40,475 nucleotides of DNA, taken from assembly GCA_041750285.1 (NCBI GenBank), contig JBGSZS010000003.1:1-40475 (forward strand), given 5' to 3'. Source of the DNA: Candidatus Fermentibacteraceae bacterium (GTDB taxonomy: Bacteria; Fermentibacterota; Fermentibacteria; Fermentibacterales; JCC-6). Below the pieces are notes generated by a model. It was not told where the DNA came from. It saw only the letters and a list, made by a program, of their open reading frames with translations, and searched no databases. The translations under genes and the position numbers were made by a program. Numbering within the stretch: the first letter of the stretch is position 1; each line of letters opens with the position of its first letter. This document shows, one piece after another, positions 1 through 9,498 of this stretch.

Positions 1-170
1 ACGCGAACCCATGGATAGCTGCTTTCGAGGAGGTCGAGTGACCCGTCGGTCGACCCGTTGTCCACGACCATCACGCTGCAGCCGTCGGGAAGGTTGCCCT
101 CGAGCGAGTCGAGACAGTCCGGAAGGAAGTGTGCCCCGTTGCAGTTCAGTACGATAACCGTGCAGGTCAA
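1..170 (-). CDS. Glycosyltransferase family 2, N-terminal part (runs off the window)
   Basis: Manual translation from TTG at 170 (GGAGG RBS upstream): LTCTVIVLNCNGAHFLPDCLDSLEG...VMVVDNGSTDGS, the classic GT2 N-terminus. Not in the ORF track. Confidence 0.85.
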   Translation of the reverse strand, partial: MTCTVIVLNCNGAHFLPDCLDSLEGNLPDGCSVMVVDNGSTDGSLDLLESSYPWVR

Positions 171-233
171 ACAAATCCTCCCCGGGTCGTCTTCGAGAAC
201 CGGCACTATATTCAATCGATGGAAACAACCGGC

Positions 234-1421
234 ATGAATATAGCAGCTTTCCACATGCTTCCCAGCGGCGGCGGAGCCAGGCTGGCCGCACAGAACATCA
301 GCCTGCTTCAACACAGGTTTTCCTGGTTCATCCATTCCGTTGAAGGATCCGTCGAGTTCCCCAACCTGCCGCAGGTGGCCTTCAGACGGCATGGGTTTCC
401 ACAGGGGAGACGTCTGTCGGGTGTTTCGAGGTTCTTCGCACCCTGGCTGCTGGTGAGAAGGCTGCAGTCCTTTGCCGGTCTGTGTGCCCGGATCGCCACT
501 CAGATGAACCGGGATGGACAGGTCGCTCTCGTGCACAACAGCATGATAATCGCTGCTCCGCCAGTTCTGGATCATCTTTCGATACCCTCGGTGTATTTCT
601 GTTACGAGTACCCGAGGCATCTCTATGAAAAACCCCGCATCACCAGAACAGGAAGCATTCTGGGCGACCAGCTCCTTCTTTCCCTGGAGAGGAGGGAGAG
701 GCGGAGTGACAGGGAATCCGTTGCCGCAGCCGGCAAAGTGGCTACCTTCTCCCCGTACATGAGGAACAGGCTCAAGGAGATTTACGGTGTTGAGGCTGAA
801 ATGGTCTATCCGGGTGTCGACTCCTCATTCTTCACACCGGGAGCCCCGGGCGTTCGCGGCAGTCATCTGCTTTCGGTGGGCGCTCTCTGGCCCTTCAAGG
901 GTCATGATTCAGCCATCCGCGCCGTATCGATGCTGCCCGAATCGGTTCGCCCTCCGCTCGTGATCGCGGCCGACCGTGAGTTTCCTGGTTATGGAGGAAA
1001 ACTGCAGCGGTATGCCATCCGCAACAGGGTCGACCTGAGGATTGAACGGGCCATCAGCGATGAATCACTTCTCGGGCTGTACCGAAGCTCCCTGGCCGTT
1101 CTGTGCTTTCAATACGACGAACCCTACGGTCTCGTTCCCCTCGAGGCCATGGCGTGCGGGAAACCCGTCATCGCCCGTAACTCCGGAGGGTTTGCCGACA
1201 ACATCCGGAATCGCGAAACCGGATTGCTTTTTCGGCACTCCGTCCCCGAAGCAGGCGACCTGATCCTTGAAGCCATAACCGACCAGGGCTTTTCACAAAG
1301 GATCGCTGACGCCGGCAGGGATTTCGCGGTCGGCAGCAGATCTCCTTCGAGCTGTGCCGACAGGCTGGCCGATCTCATTTCCTCATGCCGGCTTCCCGGA
1401 TGCATGAAGCCGGAAAATTGA
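234..1421 (+). CDS. Glycosyltransferase family 4
   Basis: VGALWPFKG and EPYGLVPLEAMACGKPVIA GT-B motifs. Start at 234 (or 219) chosen to avoid overlap with the divergent GT2 gene. Confidence 0.88.
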   Translation: MNIAAFHMLPSGGGARLAAQNISLLQHRFSWFIHSVEGSVEFPNLPQVAFRRHGFPQGRRLSGVSRFFAPWLLVRRLQSFAGLCARIATQMNRDGQVALVHNSMIIAAPPVLDHLSIPSVYFCYEYPRHLYEKPRITRTGSILGDQLLLSLERRERRSDRESVAAAGKVATFSPYMRNRLKEIYGVEAEMVYPGVDSSFFTPGAPGVRGSHLLSVGALWPFKGHDSAIRAVSMLPESVRPPLVIAADREFPGYGGKLQRYAIRNRVDLRIERAISDESLLGLYRSSLAVLCFQYDEPYGLVPLEAMACGKPVIARNSGGFADNIRNRETGLLFRHSVPEAGDLILEAITDQGFSQRIADAGRDFAVGSRSPSSCADRLADLISSCRLPGCMKPEN

Positions 1422-1446
1422 CAATGTCGTGAACTCGGAGTATTGT
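1418..1446 (+). promoter_or_regulatory. Sigma70-type promoter for the polysaccharide export gene
   Basis: TTGACA (1418-1423), 17 bp, TATTGT (1441-1446), ~80 bp upstream of ATG 1529. Confidence 0.55.
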
Positions 1447-1528
1447 TTTTTTCCAAAACCCATGGCGGCTGAAGTTTAGTGGCCGCAGCAAGTATTCATG
1501 TTGTGTACGCAAGGCGATTGAGGGTTAA

Positions 1529-2719
1529 ATGCTGTTGTTGCTCATCGTTCTGAAACTGGGCATTCTGGCGAGTGCAGCAGAAGGCCTGTTTTCGCTCTCT
1601 TCCACTTTCCAGTCCCAGGGGGATCTGTCTTCAACGGTAGCCACCCTGCCTGATCACGCATTCGTTCTCGTCGACCGGGACGAGTACATCCTCGACGTGT
1701 CGGACATTCTGAAAACAACGGTCGAGGGGGGTCTGAGCGAGTACCTTTTCAGTTGCGGGATACTCCCCACCGAGATGTGCACCGTCACCATTGACGGGTA
1801 CATAAACGTTTCGGGAATTGGTTCCATAGATGTGGCCGGCAGCACCATTTCCGAAGCACAGGCCAGGCTCGACGCATTGGTAAGGCAATACTATTCAAGC
1901 TCGCTTCATGTAAGCCTGACGCTTCACCGACCCCGGGTTACTTCAGTCGTGATTCGCGGCATGGTGCGCGAGCCGGGCAGCTATGTCCTTCCCGCGACCT
2001 CGCGGGTGTCGGACCTTGTTCTCGAAAGCGGGGGACTGGTTTTCTACGGAAGCCATCTGGGGTGCGCTACCAGTCAACAGGGAGACTCGTTCGATATTGA
2101 CCTTTCCTTCTGCCCCGAAACCAGCAGCTTCAGGAATGATCCCTTTCTCGGCAGCCTGAGGGTAGTGGAGATGTTTCCATGCAGCAACCCCGTGTTTGTC
2201 AATTACCGTGGCTCGATAGTCACGGTTGACATCTCCCCGGACGGCATCGGTCTGCCCGATCTGCTTGGTGAGTTCACCATCCTCAAAGGTGATGTCAACC
2301 TTGAGCAATCCTACATCTCTTCCCGAAACGGCCAGTCCGTTCCCCTGTGGGATCAATCCATGGGTTTCTCCGACTACACGGTTCTTCCGTTCGACACACT
2401 GAATCTGGCCTATCAGGATGAAACGGTATTCGTGAGCGGCGCTGTCTACTCGCCGGGCATGATCCCCTTCAACCCCACTTCAACGGCGAGCTGGTACATT
2501 CAGGCTGCGGGTGGTTACCTGAACGAGGCAAACCGGAACAATGTCATCGTGAGCACGCCTTCAGGGATACTTGAAGACATCGACATCGAGACATTCGTCG
2601 TCCAGCCCAACAGCACGATCGAAGTCAAGTACAACTGGATAGCCGCGAACAGTGAATACATTGCATTGTCCATGACCGCAATTTCCCTGATCATGTCGGT
2701 CTTTTACCTTACGCAATAG
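1529..2719 (+). CDS. Polysaccharide export protein with SLBB domains (Wza/KpsD-like)
   Basis: Signal-peptide-like N-terminus; DGYINVSGIGSIDVAGSTISEA export motif; VVIRGMVREPGSY and VFVSGAVYSPG...YIQAAGG SLBB repeats; hydrophobic C-terminal helix. Confidence 0.75.
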   Translation: MLLLLIVLKLGILASAAEGLFSLSSTFQSQGDLSSTVATLPDHAFVLVDRDEYILDVSDILKTTVEGGLSEYLFSCGILPTEMCTVTIDGYINVSGIGSIDVAGSTISEAQARLDALVRQYYSSSLHVSLTLHRPRVTSVVIRGMVREPGSYVLPATSRVSDLVLESGGLVFYGSHLGCATSQQGDSFDIDLSFCPETSSFRNDPFLGSLRVVEMFPCSNPVFVNYRGSIVTVDISPDGIGLPDLLGEFTILKGDVNLEQSYISSRNGQSVPLWDQSMGFSDYTVLPFDTLNLAYQDETVFVSGAVYSPGMIPFNPTSTASWYIQAAGGYLNEANRNNVIVSTPSGILEDIDIETFVVQPNSTIEVKYNWIAANSEYIALSMTAISLIMSVFYLTQ

Positions 2720-2747
2720 TTTCCGGACCTCATTCGTTCATCCCGGG

Positions 2748-2785
2748 CCTGCCCCTCAGGGTGGCCGCCGCAACAAAGGGGCAGG
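2748..2785. repeat. GC-rich inverted repeat after the export gene (possible terminator or processing hairpin)
   Basis: CCTGCCCCT (2748-2756) / AGGGGCAGG (2777-2785); no U-tract. Confidence 0.4.
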
Positions 2786-2907
2786 GAAACGGCGATGAGT
2801 CATGTGCCCGGCCGACCCATCATCCTGTTCACTCAATGATCCGTGTTGTATTTTTGGGCCTCCGGGTTTGATTCCCGAACCATTACGTGATGGGAGAACC
2901 ATACGAC

Positions 2908-4035
2908 ATGAACGGACTTGTGCTCGTAACCGGCGGCGCCGGTTTCATCGGCTCTCACCTTTCCGACCTGCTTCTCGCATCGGGGTACCGTGTGAGGGCG
3001 CTCGACTCCCTCGATCCCCAGGTGCACGGCGAGGGAAGGAAACGGCCGTCATACCTTGATCCACGAATAGAACTCATGGTCGGGGATGTTCGTGATCCCG
3101 GAGCGGTCGCCTCCGCCCTGGAGGGGGCCGATTATCTGATCCACTTCGCCGCGGCGGTTGGCGTCGGTCAGTCCATGTACGAGATCACCCGCTACACCTC
3201 CATAAACTCGATGGGCGCGGCCGTTGTACTTGAGGAAGCCCTCAAGAAGAGGGACCGCATTCGCAAGATGCTCGTGGCAAGCTCGATGTCCATCTATGGG
3301 GAGGGTGCATACAGTTGCGGGAACTGCGGACCCGTGAGTCCCGGGCTCAGACGCCCCGAGCAGCTCGCGCGGCATGACTGGGAGATGCATTGCCCCCTTT
3401 GCGGCGGAACTTGCGTCCCGGTGCCGACCCCCGAGTCCAAGCCACTCGCTCCCACAAGCGTCTACGCGGTTGGGAAACGTGATCATGAGGAGCTTTTTCT
3501 CTCGGTCGGCGATGCCTACGGGATTCCCGCCACCGCCATGAGGTTCTTCAATGTCTACGGTGAAAGGCAGGCCCTTTCCAACCCATATACGGGAGTCGGG
3601 GCCATCTTCGCCTCACGGCTGATGAACGGAAACTCCCCTGTCGTCTTCGAGGACGGCGGTCAGAGCAGGGACTTCATACACGTCCGCGACCTGGTCAGGG
3701 GTTGCCTCCTTGCCCTTGCGAACCACGAATCCGACGGCAGGGTCATCAATCTCGGCACGGGCAACCAGGTCTCCATTCTCCAGGTGGGAAAAGCCATAGC
3801 CAGAGAGCTGGGAAGGGATGACATCCCCTTCACCATCCGGAACCAGTTCAGGGCCGGCGATATCAGGCACTGCTTCGGCGACGTCTCCCTGGCCGCTTCC
3901 CTGCTGGGTTTCAAGGCCGAGATCCCCTTCAGCGAAGGGGTAAGGGACCTTTGCAACTGGGTGTCGGGCCAGACCTCGGTCGACATGGTGGACAAGGCCA
4001 CGGAAGAGCTTGCAAGAAGGGGCCTGGCCAGGTGA
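2908..4035 (+). CDS. NAD-dependent NDP-sugar epimerase/dehydratase (extended SDR)
   Basis: VLVTGGAGFIGSHL, YAVGK catalytic YxxxK, RFFNVYG, RDFIHV, GDIRH; CxxC...CxxC insert. Confidence 0.92.
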   Translation: MNGLVLVTGGAGFIGSHLSDLLLASGYRVRALDSLDPQVHGEGRKRPSYLDPRIELMVGDVRDPGAVASALEGADYLIHFAAAVGVGQSMYEITRYTSINSMGAAVVLEEALKKRDRIRKMLVASSMSIYGEGAYSCGNCGPVSPGLRRPEQLARHDWEMHCPLCGGTCVPVPTPESKPLAPTSVYAVGKRDHEELFLSVGDAYGIPATAMRFFNVYGERQALSNPYTGVGAIFASRLMNGNSPVVFEDGGQSRDFIHVRDLVRGCLLALANHESDGRVINLGTGNQVSILQVGKAIARELGRDDIPFTIRNQFRAGDIRHCFGDVSLAASLLGFKAEIPFSEGVRDLCNWVSGQTSVDMVDKATEELARRGLAR

Positions 4036-5135
4036 AAACCCGAATCCTGCTGGACGCCAGGGCGGCACAGCAGACCATAGACGGAATCACCCGGTTTGCA
4101 ATGGAGGTCACCGGGCAACTCGGCCGCCTGCAGAGGGGCTGGGATCTGGCCGTACTTGCCCATCCATCCGCTGCGGATCACTTCGGACCCATGGGCGTGG
4201 AAGTGATTCACAGCACCGTACCCAGGTTCAAACCTGGAGAGGATGCCAGGCTGTCCCCCGTTGTTCGCAGGTACAAACCCGACGCCTACGTCAATTTCTC
4301 GATGGCCGGGCCGACCCCGGCTGGCGTTCCCACGGTCATCACCATCCATGATCTGATGGTTCTCAACGTCCCCTGCTACTTCGGGAACGGCATTATCCGA
4401 AACGCCCTTTACAGGCGCCGCTTTCGTGCCATCATCGGGAGGAGCGCCTCTCATGCCTCCGCCATTGCCTGCCCCGGAATGACAACCAGAAGGGACATCG
4501 TCAGACGTTTTCCCGATGCCGCCGGAAAGGTCTTCATCACGGGGGAGGGGCAGTCATTCTTTGAATCCGGCGAGGGTTGTACGGCCGGAAGGGAAAACGG
4601 CCCTTTTCTTGTGGTGGGAAACGCCCGGGCCTACAAGAACCTGCCCCGGTTGCTCACCGCATACGGCAGGGTGTGGGCAATCAACCGCGGCATACCCCCG
4701 CTGGTCATGGCCATAAGAAAAGACAGGGCATTCCGCGGGTTTCGAACACACCTTTCCACGAACCCCGCGGTCGACAGGATAACGGTGCTTTCGGGCGTGT
4801 CCGATCCCCAACTGAAGGACCTTTACCTCTCCTGCCGCGCCCTTCTCATGCCTTCTGTGTACGAGGGCTTCGGTCTTCCCGCGCTCGAAGCCATGGCATC
4901 AGGAGCTCCGGTAATGGTCTCGAGGGGCACGGCCCTCGAAGAACTCGCGGGTGAGGCCGGGATTCACGTTGACCCCTATTCGGTCACGGACATCGCCAGG
5001 GGTATTGCCGAGCTGTCGGTTGCCACCCCCGGCGAACTTGCGGAGATGGGAGCATCGGGTATTCGACGGGCATCCAGCTTTTCATGGGAAAGGACTGCCC
5101 GGAGCTTTGTCGAGATCATCGAGGGTCTGGCATGA
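4032..5135 (+). CDS. Glycosyltransferase family 4
   Basis: GTG start overlapping the upstream TGA; VITIHDL, YKNL, PSVYEGFGLPALEAMASG. Confidence 0.9.
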   Translation: MKTRILLDARAAQQTIDGITRFAMEVTGQLGRLQRGWDLAVLAHPSAADHFGPMGVEVIHSTVPRFKPGEDARLSPVVRRYKPDAYVNFSMAGPTPAGVPTVITIHDLMVLNVPCYFGNGIIRNALYRRRFRAIIGRSASHASAIACPGMTTRRDIVRRFPDAAGKVFITGEGQSFFESGEGCTAGRENGPFLVVGNARAYKNLPRLLTAYGRVWAINRGIPPLVMAIRKDRAFRGFRTHLSTNPAVDRITVLSGVSDPQLKDLYLSCRALLMPSVYEGFGLPALEAMASGAPVMVSRGTALEELAGEAGIHVDPYSVTDIARGIAELSVATPGELAEMGASGIRRASSFSWERTARSFVEIIEGLA

Positions 5136-6574
5136 AGATCTCCGTTGTGAATCCCCCCTTCAGGAACGGCAGGTTCTCCAGAACTTCCCGTTCGCCGGCC
5201 ATTGTCAAGAGCGGCACCATGTACTGGCCGTTCTGGCTTTCCTACCTCGTGGGGGGTCTGGAAAGGGCCGGCCATACCGTGCAGTTCCTTGACTGCCCGG
5301 CCCGGGGCATCCGCCGTGAGGACCTTTCGAGAACGGTGGGTGAGTTCGGACCCGAACTCGTCGTGATGGACACGTCAACACCGTCAATAGACAGCGACCT
5401 TCTGGTTGCCGAAGAGCTGAAGGGCGGGCTTCCGGGCTCACGTATGGTTCTGGTGGGCACCCACGTAAGCGCACTCCCGCTTCGGGTGCTTTCCGGGGCG
5501 CCCTTCATCGACGCAGTGGCTGTCGGTGAGTACGACATGTCGCTTGTTCGCGCCGCATCCGGTGAAGACCTGATGAATATCCCGGGACTGGGTGTGAACA
5601 CTCCGGACGGGGGCGTTCTGACGGGCCCCCCCGAACTCGTCGAAGACCTCGACAGCCTGCCGTTCCTTGCCGACGTTTACAGAAGGCACCTCAGACCGGA
5701 AGACTATTTCTTCGCCGCTGCCAGGTATCCAAGCGTGATGACAATCACAAGCAGGGGTTGTCCTTACAAGTGCTCGTTCTGCGTCTGGCCCCAGGTCCTG
5801 CACCCCGGAGGCTACAGGGCGCGCAGCGCGGAGAACGTCGCCACCGAATTCCGCCTTATCGCCGAGTATTTCCCGGGCGTCAGAGAGATCGTGGTGGAGG
5901 ACGACACATTCAGCGTTGACAGCGCCAGGGTCTCGCAGGTCGCGTCCGCGATTGCCGCCGTGGGCAACCGGCTCCCCTGGACTGCAAACACACGGGCCAA
6001 CCTTTCACTCGATGCCATGAAGACAATGAAGGCAGCCGGGTGCCGGATGCTCATCGTGGGTTACGAATCGGGCAGCCAGGAGATCCTGAACGGCGTATCG
6101 AAGGGCACGACCGTTCAGCAGAACCTTGATTTCTCCGCACGGGCCAGAAAGGCTGGGCTGATGGTTCACGGCTGCTTCATGGTCGGGAATCCCGGCGAAA
6201 CCCGGGAAACGATGGAGCAGACACTTTCCATGGCCATGAAGCTCAGACCCGATACGGCCCAGTTCTTTCCCATAATGGCCTACCCCGGAACCAGGCTCTA
6301 CGATCAGTACCAGCGTCAGGGCCTTCTCAGAACGACGGACTTCTCACAGTGGCTTACACCCGAAGGGCTGCACAACTGCGTCGTTGACCTGCCGGGGCTT
6401 CCGGCGGAAGATCTGGTTGGTTTCTGCAACCACGCCAGGAAGAAGTTCTATCTCAGACCTTCATACGTGTCTGCCAAGGTCGTTCAGTCGGTTCTGCACC
6501 CCTGCACGGAGGGGAAGCGAAACCTCAAGGCCTTCGGAACCTTCCGCAGACACCTGTTCAGGGGTTCAAAGTGA
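5132..6574 (+). CDS. B12-binding radical SAM protein (class B methylase / HpnJ-like)
   Basis: N-terminal cobalamin-binding-type domain (VLVGTHVS, VAVGEYD); TSRGCPYKCSFC motif; DDTF, GYESGSQEIL, FMVGNPGET; ATGA-coupled to the upstream gene. Confidence 0.88.
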   Translation: MKISVVNPPFRNGRFSRTSRSPAIVKSGTMYWPFWLSYLVGGLERAGHTVQFLDCPARGIRREDLSRTVGEFGPELVVMDTSTPSIDSDLLVAEELKGGLPGSRMVLVGTHVSALPLRVLSGAPFIDAVAVGEYDMSLVRAASGEDLMNIPGLGVNTPDGGVLTGPPELVEDLDSLPFLADVYRRHLRPEDYFFAAARYPSVMTITSRGCPYKCSFCVWPQVLHPGGYRARSAENVATEFRLIAEYFPGVREIVVEDDTFSVDSARVSQVASAIAAVGNRLPWTANTRANLSLDAMKTMKAAGCRMLIVGYESGSQEILNGVSKGTTVQQNLDFSARARKAGLMVHGCFMVGNPGETRETMEQTLSMAMKLRPDTAQFFPIMAYPGTRLYDQYQRQGLLRTTDFSQWLTPEGLHNCVVDLPGLPAEDLVGFCNHARKKFYLRPSYVSAKVVQSVLHPCTEGKRNLKAFGTFRRHLFRGSK

Positions 6575-7965
6575 GAAAACTGCTTTTGTTGATCGCGGTC
6601 TGCCTCGATTCCACTGCGGTGTTCCTGGCGATGTTCGCTGCGGGGGCGATCAAGTTCAACACGGGTCTCTTTCATGGCGCCACCTCCATGTCTCCCCTGA
6701 TGATCGCTTCCGGCAGCATGGTTTCGGTCCCGTTCTGGATAGTCCTGTTCTTCGTGACCGGGATCTACAGAATGAAATGGGACCTGGGCTGGGCCGACGA
6801 GATGAGCCTCGTGTACAAGCAGGTAACCATCGGTATCGTTCTGCTCTCTCTGGGAGCCTTCCTGATAAGTCCGGCCTTCTCCGTGGGAAGGTGGATATTC
6901 TTCATCTACTACGGTCTTCTGCTGTTTCTGCTGTTCATCGCACGGGCAGCCGCGAGGCTTCTTGAAAGGCGCTGGGCGAAACGCGGCCTTGTGAGAAGGA
7001 ATGCCCTTGTTATCGGCTGCGGCAGGAGGGCCGCCGAACTGGTTACATTCATCGAGGCGAACAAGACGCTTGGCTACAGGGTGGTCGGTTTCGTGACGCC
7101 CCCCGGCGAGGGGCACGAGCAGGTTATTGCGGACCGCATAATGGGTGACATGAACGATCTTGACGAGCTGATCGAGAGATTCGGAGTGGAGGAGATCCTT
7201 GTCACCATTGCCAGCAATTTTCACGACGACATTCTGGGGCTTCTGCTGCCGGCAGCCGGCAGGGGGATAAGGGTCAAAGTCGTTCCCGACCTATTCGATG
7301 TCATCGCAGGTCATGTTCACTCAACCCAGATCCTTGGCCAGCCTCTAATGGAGCTTCTTCCCGAGAGGCTGAAAAGCTGGGAGAAACTCGTGAAAACGGT
7401 CATGGACTTCGTGATCTGTCTTCTTGTCCTGCTTGCGGGGCTGCCCCTGTGGCTGGTTCTGGCGGTCATAATCAAGCTGGACAGCCGCGGTCCGGTTTTC
7501 TACGTACAGACCAGGGTCGGAAAGGGCGGGAGGGAATTCGGTATCGTCAAGTTCCGCAGCATGGTGAAGGATGCAGAGTCGGGCTCCGGCGCGGTCTGGG
7601 CAGGCAGGAACGATCCCAGGGTGACCAGGGCGGGAGCCTGGCTGCGCAGGACCAGGCTTGACGAGGTCCCCCAGATACTGAACATCCTCACCGGTCACAT
7701 GTCCCTGGTGGGGCCACGGCCCGAGAGACCCGAGATCATAAGCAGGCTCAGGACGGTTTTTCCCTTCTACAACAAAAGGCTGACGATCAAACCGGGACTC
7801 ACGGGCTGGGCACAGGTGAAACTCGAATACGATTCCTCACTCGAGGACGTGGCTGAGAAGCTGAAGTACGACTTTTTCTACATCGAGAACCAGTCTCTCT
7901 TTCTCGACATCGAAATACTCATGAGAACGGTGAAAGTGGTGCTGACGGGCGCAGGCGCCCATTGA
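6571..7965 (+). CDS. Undecaprenyl-phosphate sugar phosphotransferase (priming glycosyltransferase, WcaJ/WbaP family)
   Basis: N-terminal TM helices, then KFRSM, DPRVT, LDEVPQILNILTGHMSLVGPRPE, KPGLTGWAQV. Confidence 0.93.
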   Translation: MRKLLLLIAVCLDSTAVFLAMFAAGAIKFNTGLFHGATSMSPLMIASGSMVSVPFWIVLFFVTGIYRMKWDLGWADEMSLVYKQVTIGIVLLSLGAFLISPAFSVGRWIFFIYYGLLLFLLFIARAAARLLERRWAKRGLVRRNALVIGCGRRAAELVTFIEANKTLGYRVVGFVTPPGEGHEQVIADRIMGDMNDLDELIERFGVEEILVTIASNFHDDILGLLLPAAGRGIRVKVVPDLFDVIAGHVHSTQILGQPLMELLPERLKSWEKLVKTVMDFVICLLVLLAGLPLWLVLAVIIKLDSRGPVFYVQTRVGKGGREFGIVKFRSMVKDAESGSGAVWAGRNDPRVTRAGAWLRRTRLDEVPQILNILTGHMSLVGPRPERPEIISRLRTVFPFYNKRLTIKPGLTGWAQVKLEYDSSLEDVAEKLKYDFFYIENQSLFLDIEILMRTVKVVLTGAGAH

Positions 7966-7984
7966 GCCCCGGAAAGGAAATCCA

Positions 7985-9133
7985 ATGAAGGTTCCCATGC
8001 TGGACATACACAGGCAGCATGAGCCGATACTTGACGAGTTGAACGCGGTTTTCAGGGAAGCCCTTGAAACATCACGCTTCATAAAGGGCCCCGAGCTCGA
8101 CATGCTCGAGGCCGAGTTCGCCGGGTACTGCTCCACACGCAGGGCGGTGGGTTGCGCTTCAGGCACCGACGCCCTGATCCTCGCCATGCAGGCCGTGGGC
8201 ATGGCCCCCGGCGAGATCGCCGTGACCACTCCGTTCACTTTCTTCGCAACCGCGGGGGCCGTCGTAAGGGCGGGCGGTGTTCCGGCCTTCGTGGACATTC
8301 GTGAGGACACCTTCAACATGGATGCGCGGGAACTCGAGTCGTGGTTGAACCGCAACTGCGCCGTCACCGACAGGGGCGTCGTCCACCGCGTCATGAAGAC
8401 CAGGGTGGCGGCGGTCATTCCCGTTCATCTCTTCGGCCAGACCGCGAACATGGACGAGATTCTGGATGTGTGCGGACGCTGGGGGATTCCCGTGGTTGAG
8501 GATGCCTGCCAGTCCGTCGGAGCTTCCTGGAAGGGCAGAAAAGCCGGTTCGATGGGCCAGCTCGGCTGCTTCAGCTTTTTCCCCTCGAAGAATCTCGGTG
8601 CCCTGGGCGACGGCGGGATGCTTACGGCTTCCGACGATGAACTGGCGGACCGTCTGGTTCTTTTGAGAGAGCACGGTGGCCAGGGTTACATGCATGCCAC
8701 CGTTGGAACGAACAGCAGGCTCGATGCCCTTCAGGCTGCTTTTCTGAGGGTTAAACTCAGAAGGCTCGAGTCATGGCACACCGGTCGCAGGGCCAACGCG
8801 GCTTTCTACGACAGGGCGTTCGAAGGGTTTGCCCATGTCAGAACGCCCTTCATTGCCGAAGGGGCCCTGAGCATCTACAATCAGTATACCCTCCGGGTTG
8901 AGGGAAGGGACGGGTTGCTCGAGCACCTGAGGTCGAAGGGCATCGGTTGCGCAGTGTACTATCCACTCTGTCTTCACCAGCAGAAGTGCTTCGAGTACCT
9001 GGGCTACCACAGGGGTGACTTTCCCGTGGCCGAGGCGTGCAGCGCCGATGTCATATCCCTTCCCGTTTTCGGCGAACTCACACAGGAGGAGCTCGATACC
9101 GTCGTGAAAGCGGTAAAGGATTTCTACGAGTGA
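7985..9133 (+). CDS. DegT/DnrJ/EryC1/StrS sugar aminotransferase
   Basis: SGTDAL, PFTFFATA, PVHLFGQ, EDACQ, FSFFPSKNLGALGDGG, NSRLD. Confidence 0.95.
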   Translation: MKVPMLDIHRQHEPILDELNAVFREALETSRFIKGPELDMLEAEFAGYCSTRRAVGCASGTDALILAMQAVGMAPGEIAVTTPFTFFATAGAVVRAGGVPAFVDIREDTFNMDARELESWLNRNCAVTDRGVVHRVMKTRVAAVIPVHLFGQTANMDEILDVCGRWGIPVVEDACQSVGASWKGRKAGSMGQLGCFSFFPSKNLGALGDGGMLTASDDELADRLVLLREHGGQGYMHATVGTNSRLDALQAAFLRVKLRRLESWHTGRRANAAFYDRAFEGFAHVRTPFIAEGALSIYNQYTLRVEGRDGLLEHLRSKGIGCAVYYPLCLHQQKCFEYLGYHRGDFPVAEACSADVISLPVFGELTQEELDTVVKAVKDFYE

Positions 9134-9134
9134 A

Positions 9135-9488
9135 ATGGGCACGACCGCTGATAGTTTTGGCCACGCCTTCAGGGGGGTGATCCTTCTCGTTCGCACCCAG
9201 CGTAACGCGAGGATTCACATCGCTGTGTTTCTTGCAGTTGTCGCCGCGGGCATCGCGGTGGGTCTTTCCCCTGTGGAGTGGGGGGTTGTGGTGCTGGCAT
9301 CAGCCCTGGTACTCGGCGCCGAAGCCATGAACACGGCCGTCGAAAGGCTTGCGGACAGGGTCTCCCCGGAAAGGCACCCCCTTGTGCGGGACGCCAAGGA
9401 TGCCGCCGCTGCCGCAGTCCTCATCTCCGCCATCGCCGCCGCCGCCCTCGGGGCACTGGTCTTTATTCCGGCGCTGCTGCGCCGTTGA
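9135..9488 (+). CDS. dgkA: Diacylglycerol/undecaprenol kinase family
   Basis: SFGHAFRG, EAMNTAVERLAD, AKDAAAAAVL; three TM helices. Confidence 0.88.
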   Translation: MGTTADSFGHAFRGVILLVRTQRNARIHIAVFLAVVAAGIAVGLSPVEWGVVVLASALVLGAEAMNTAVERLADRVSPERHPLVRDAKDAAAAAVLISAIAAAALGALVFIPALLRR

Positions 9489-9498
9489 TTGGGGAGCA

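Noticed and set aside
113..135. SRP RNA-like GTCCGGAAGGAAG
   Set aside because: Lies within the GT2 coding sequence and lacks the flanking SRP helix
1463..1520. tRNA-like start GGCGGCTGAAGTTTAGTGG
   Set aside because: No T-arm (GTTCGA) or acceptor-stem complement follows
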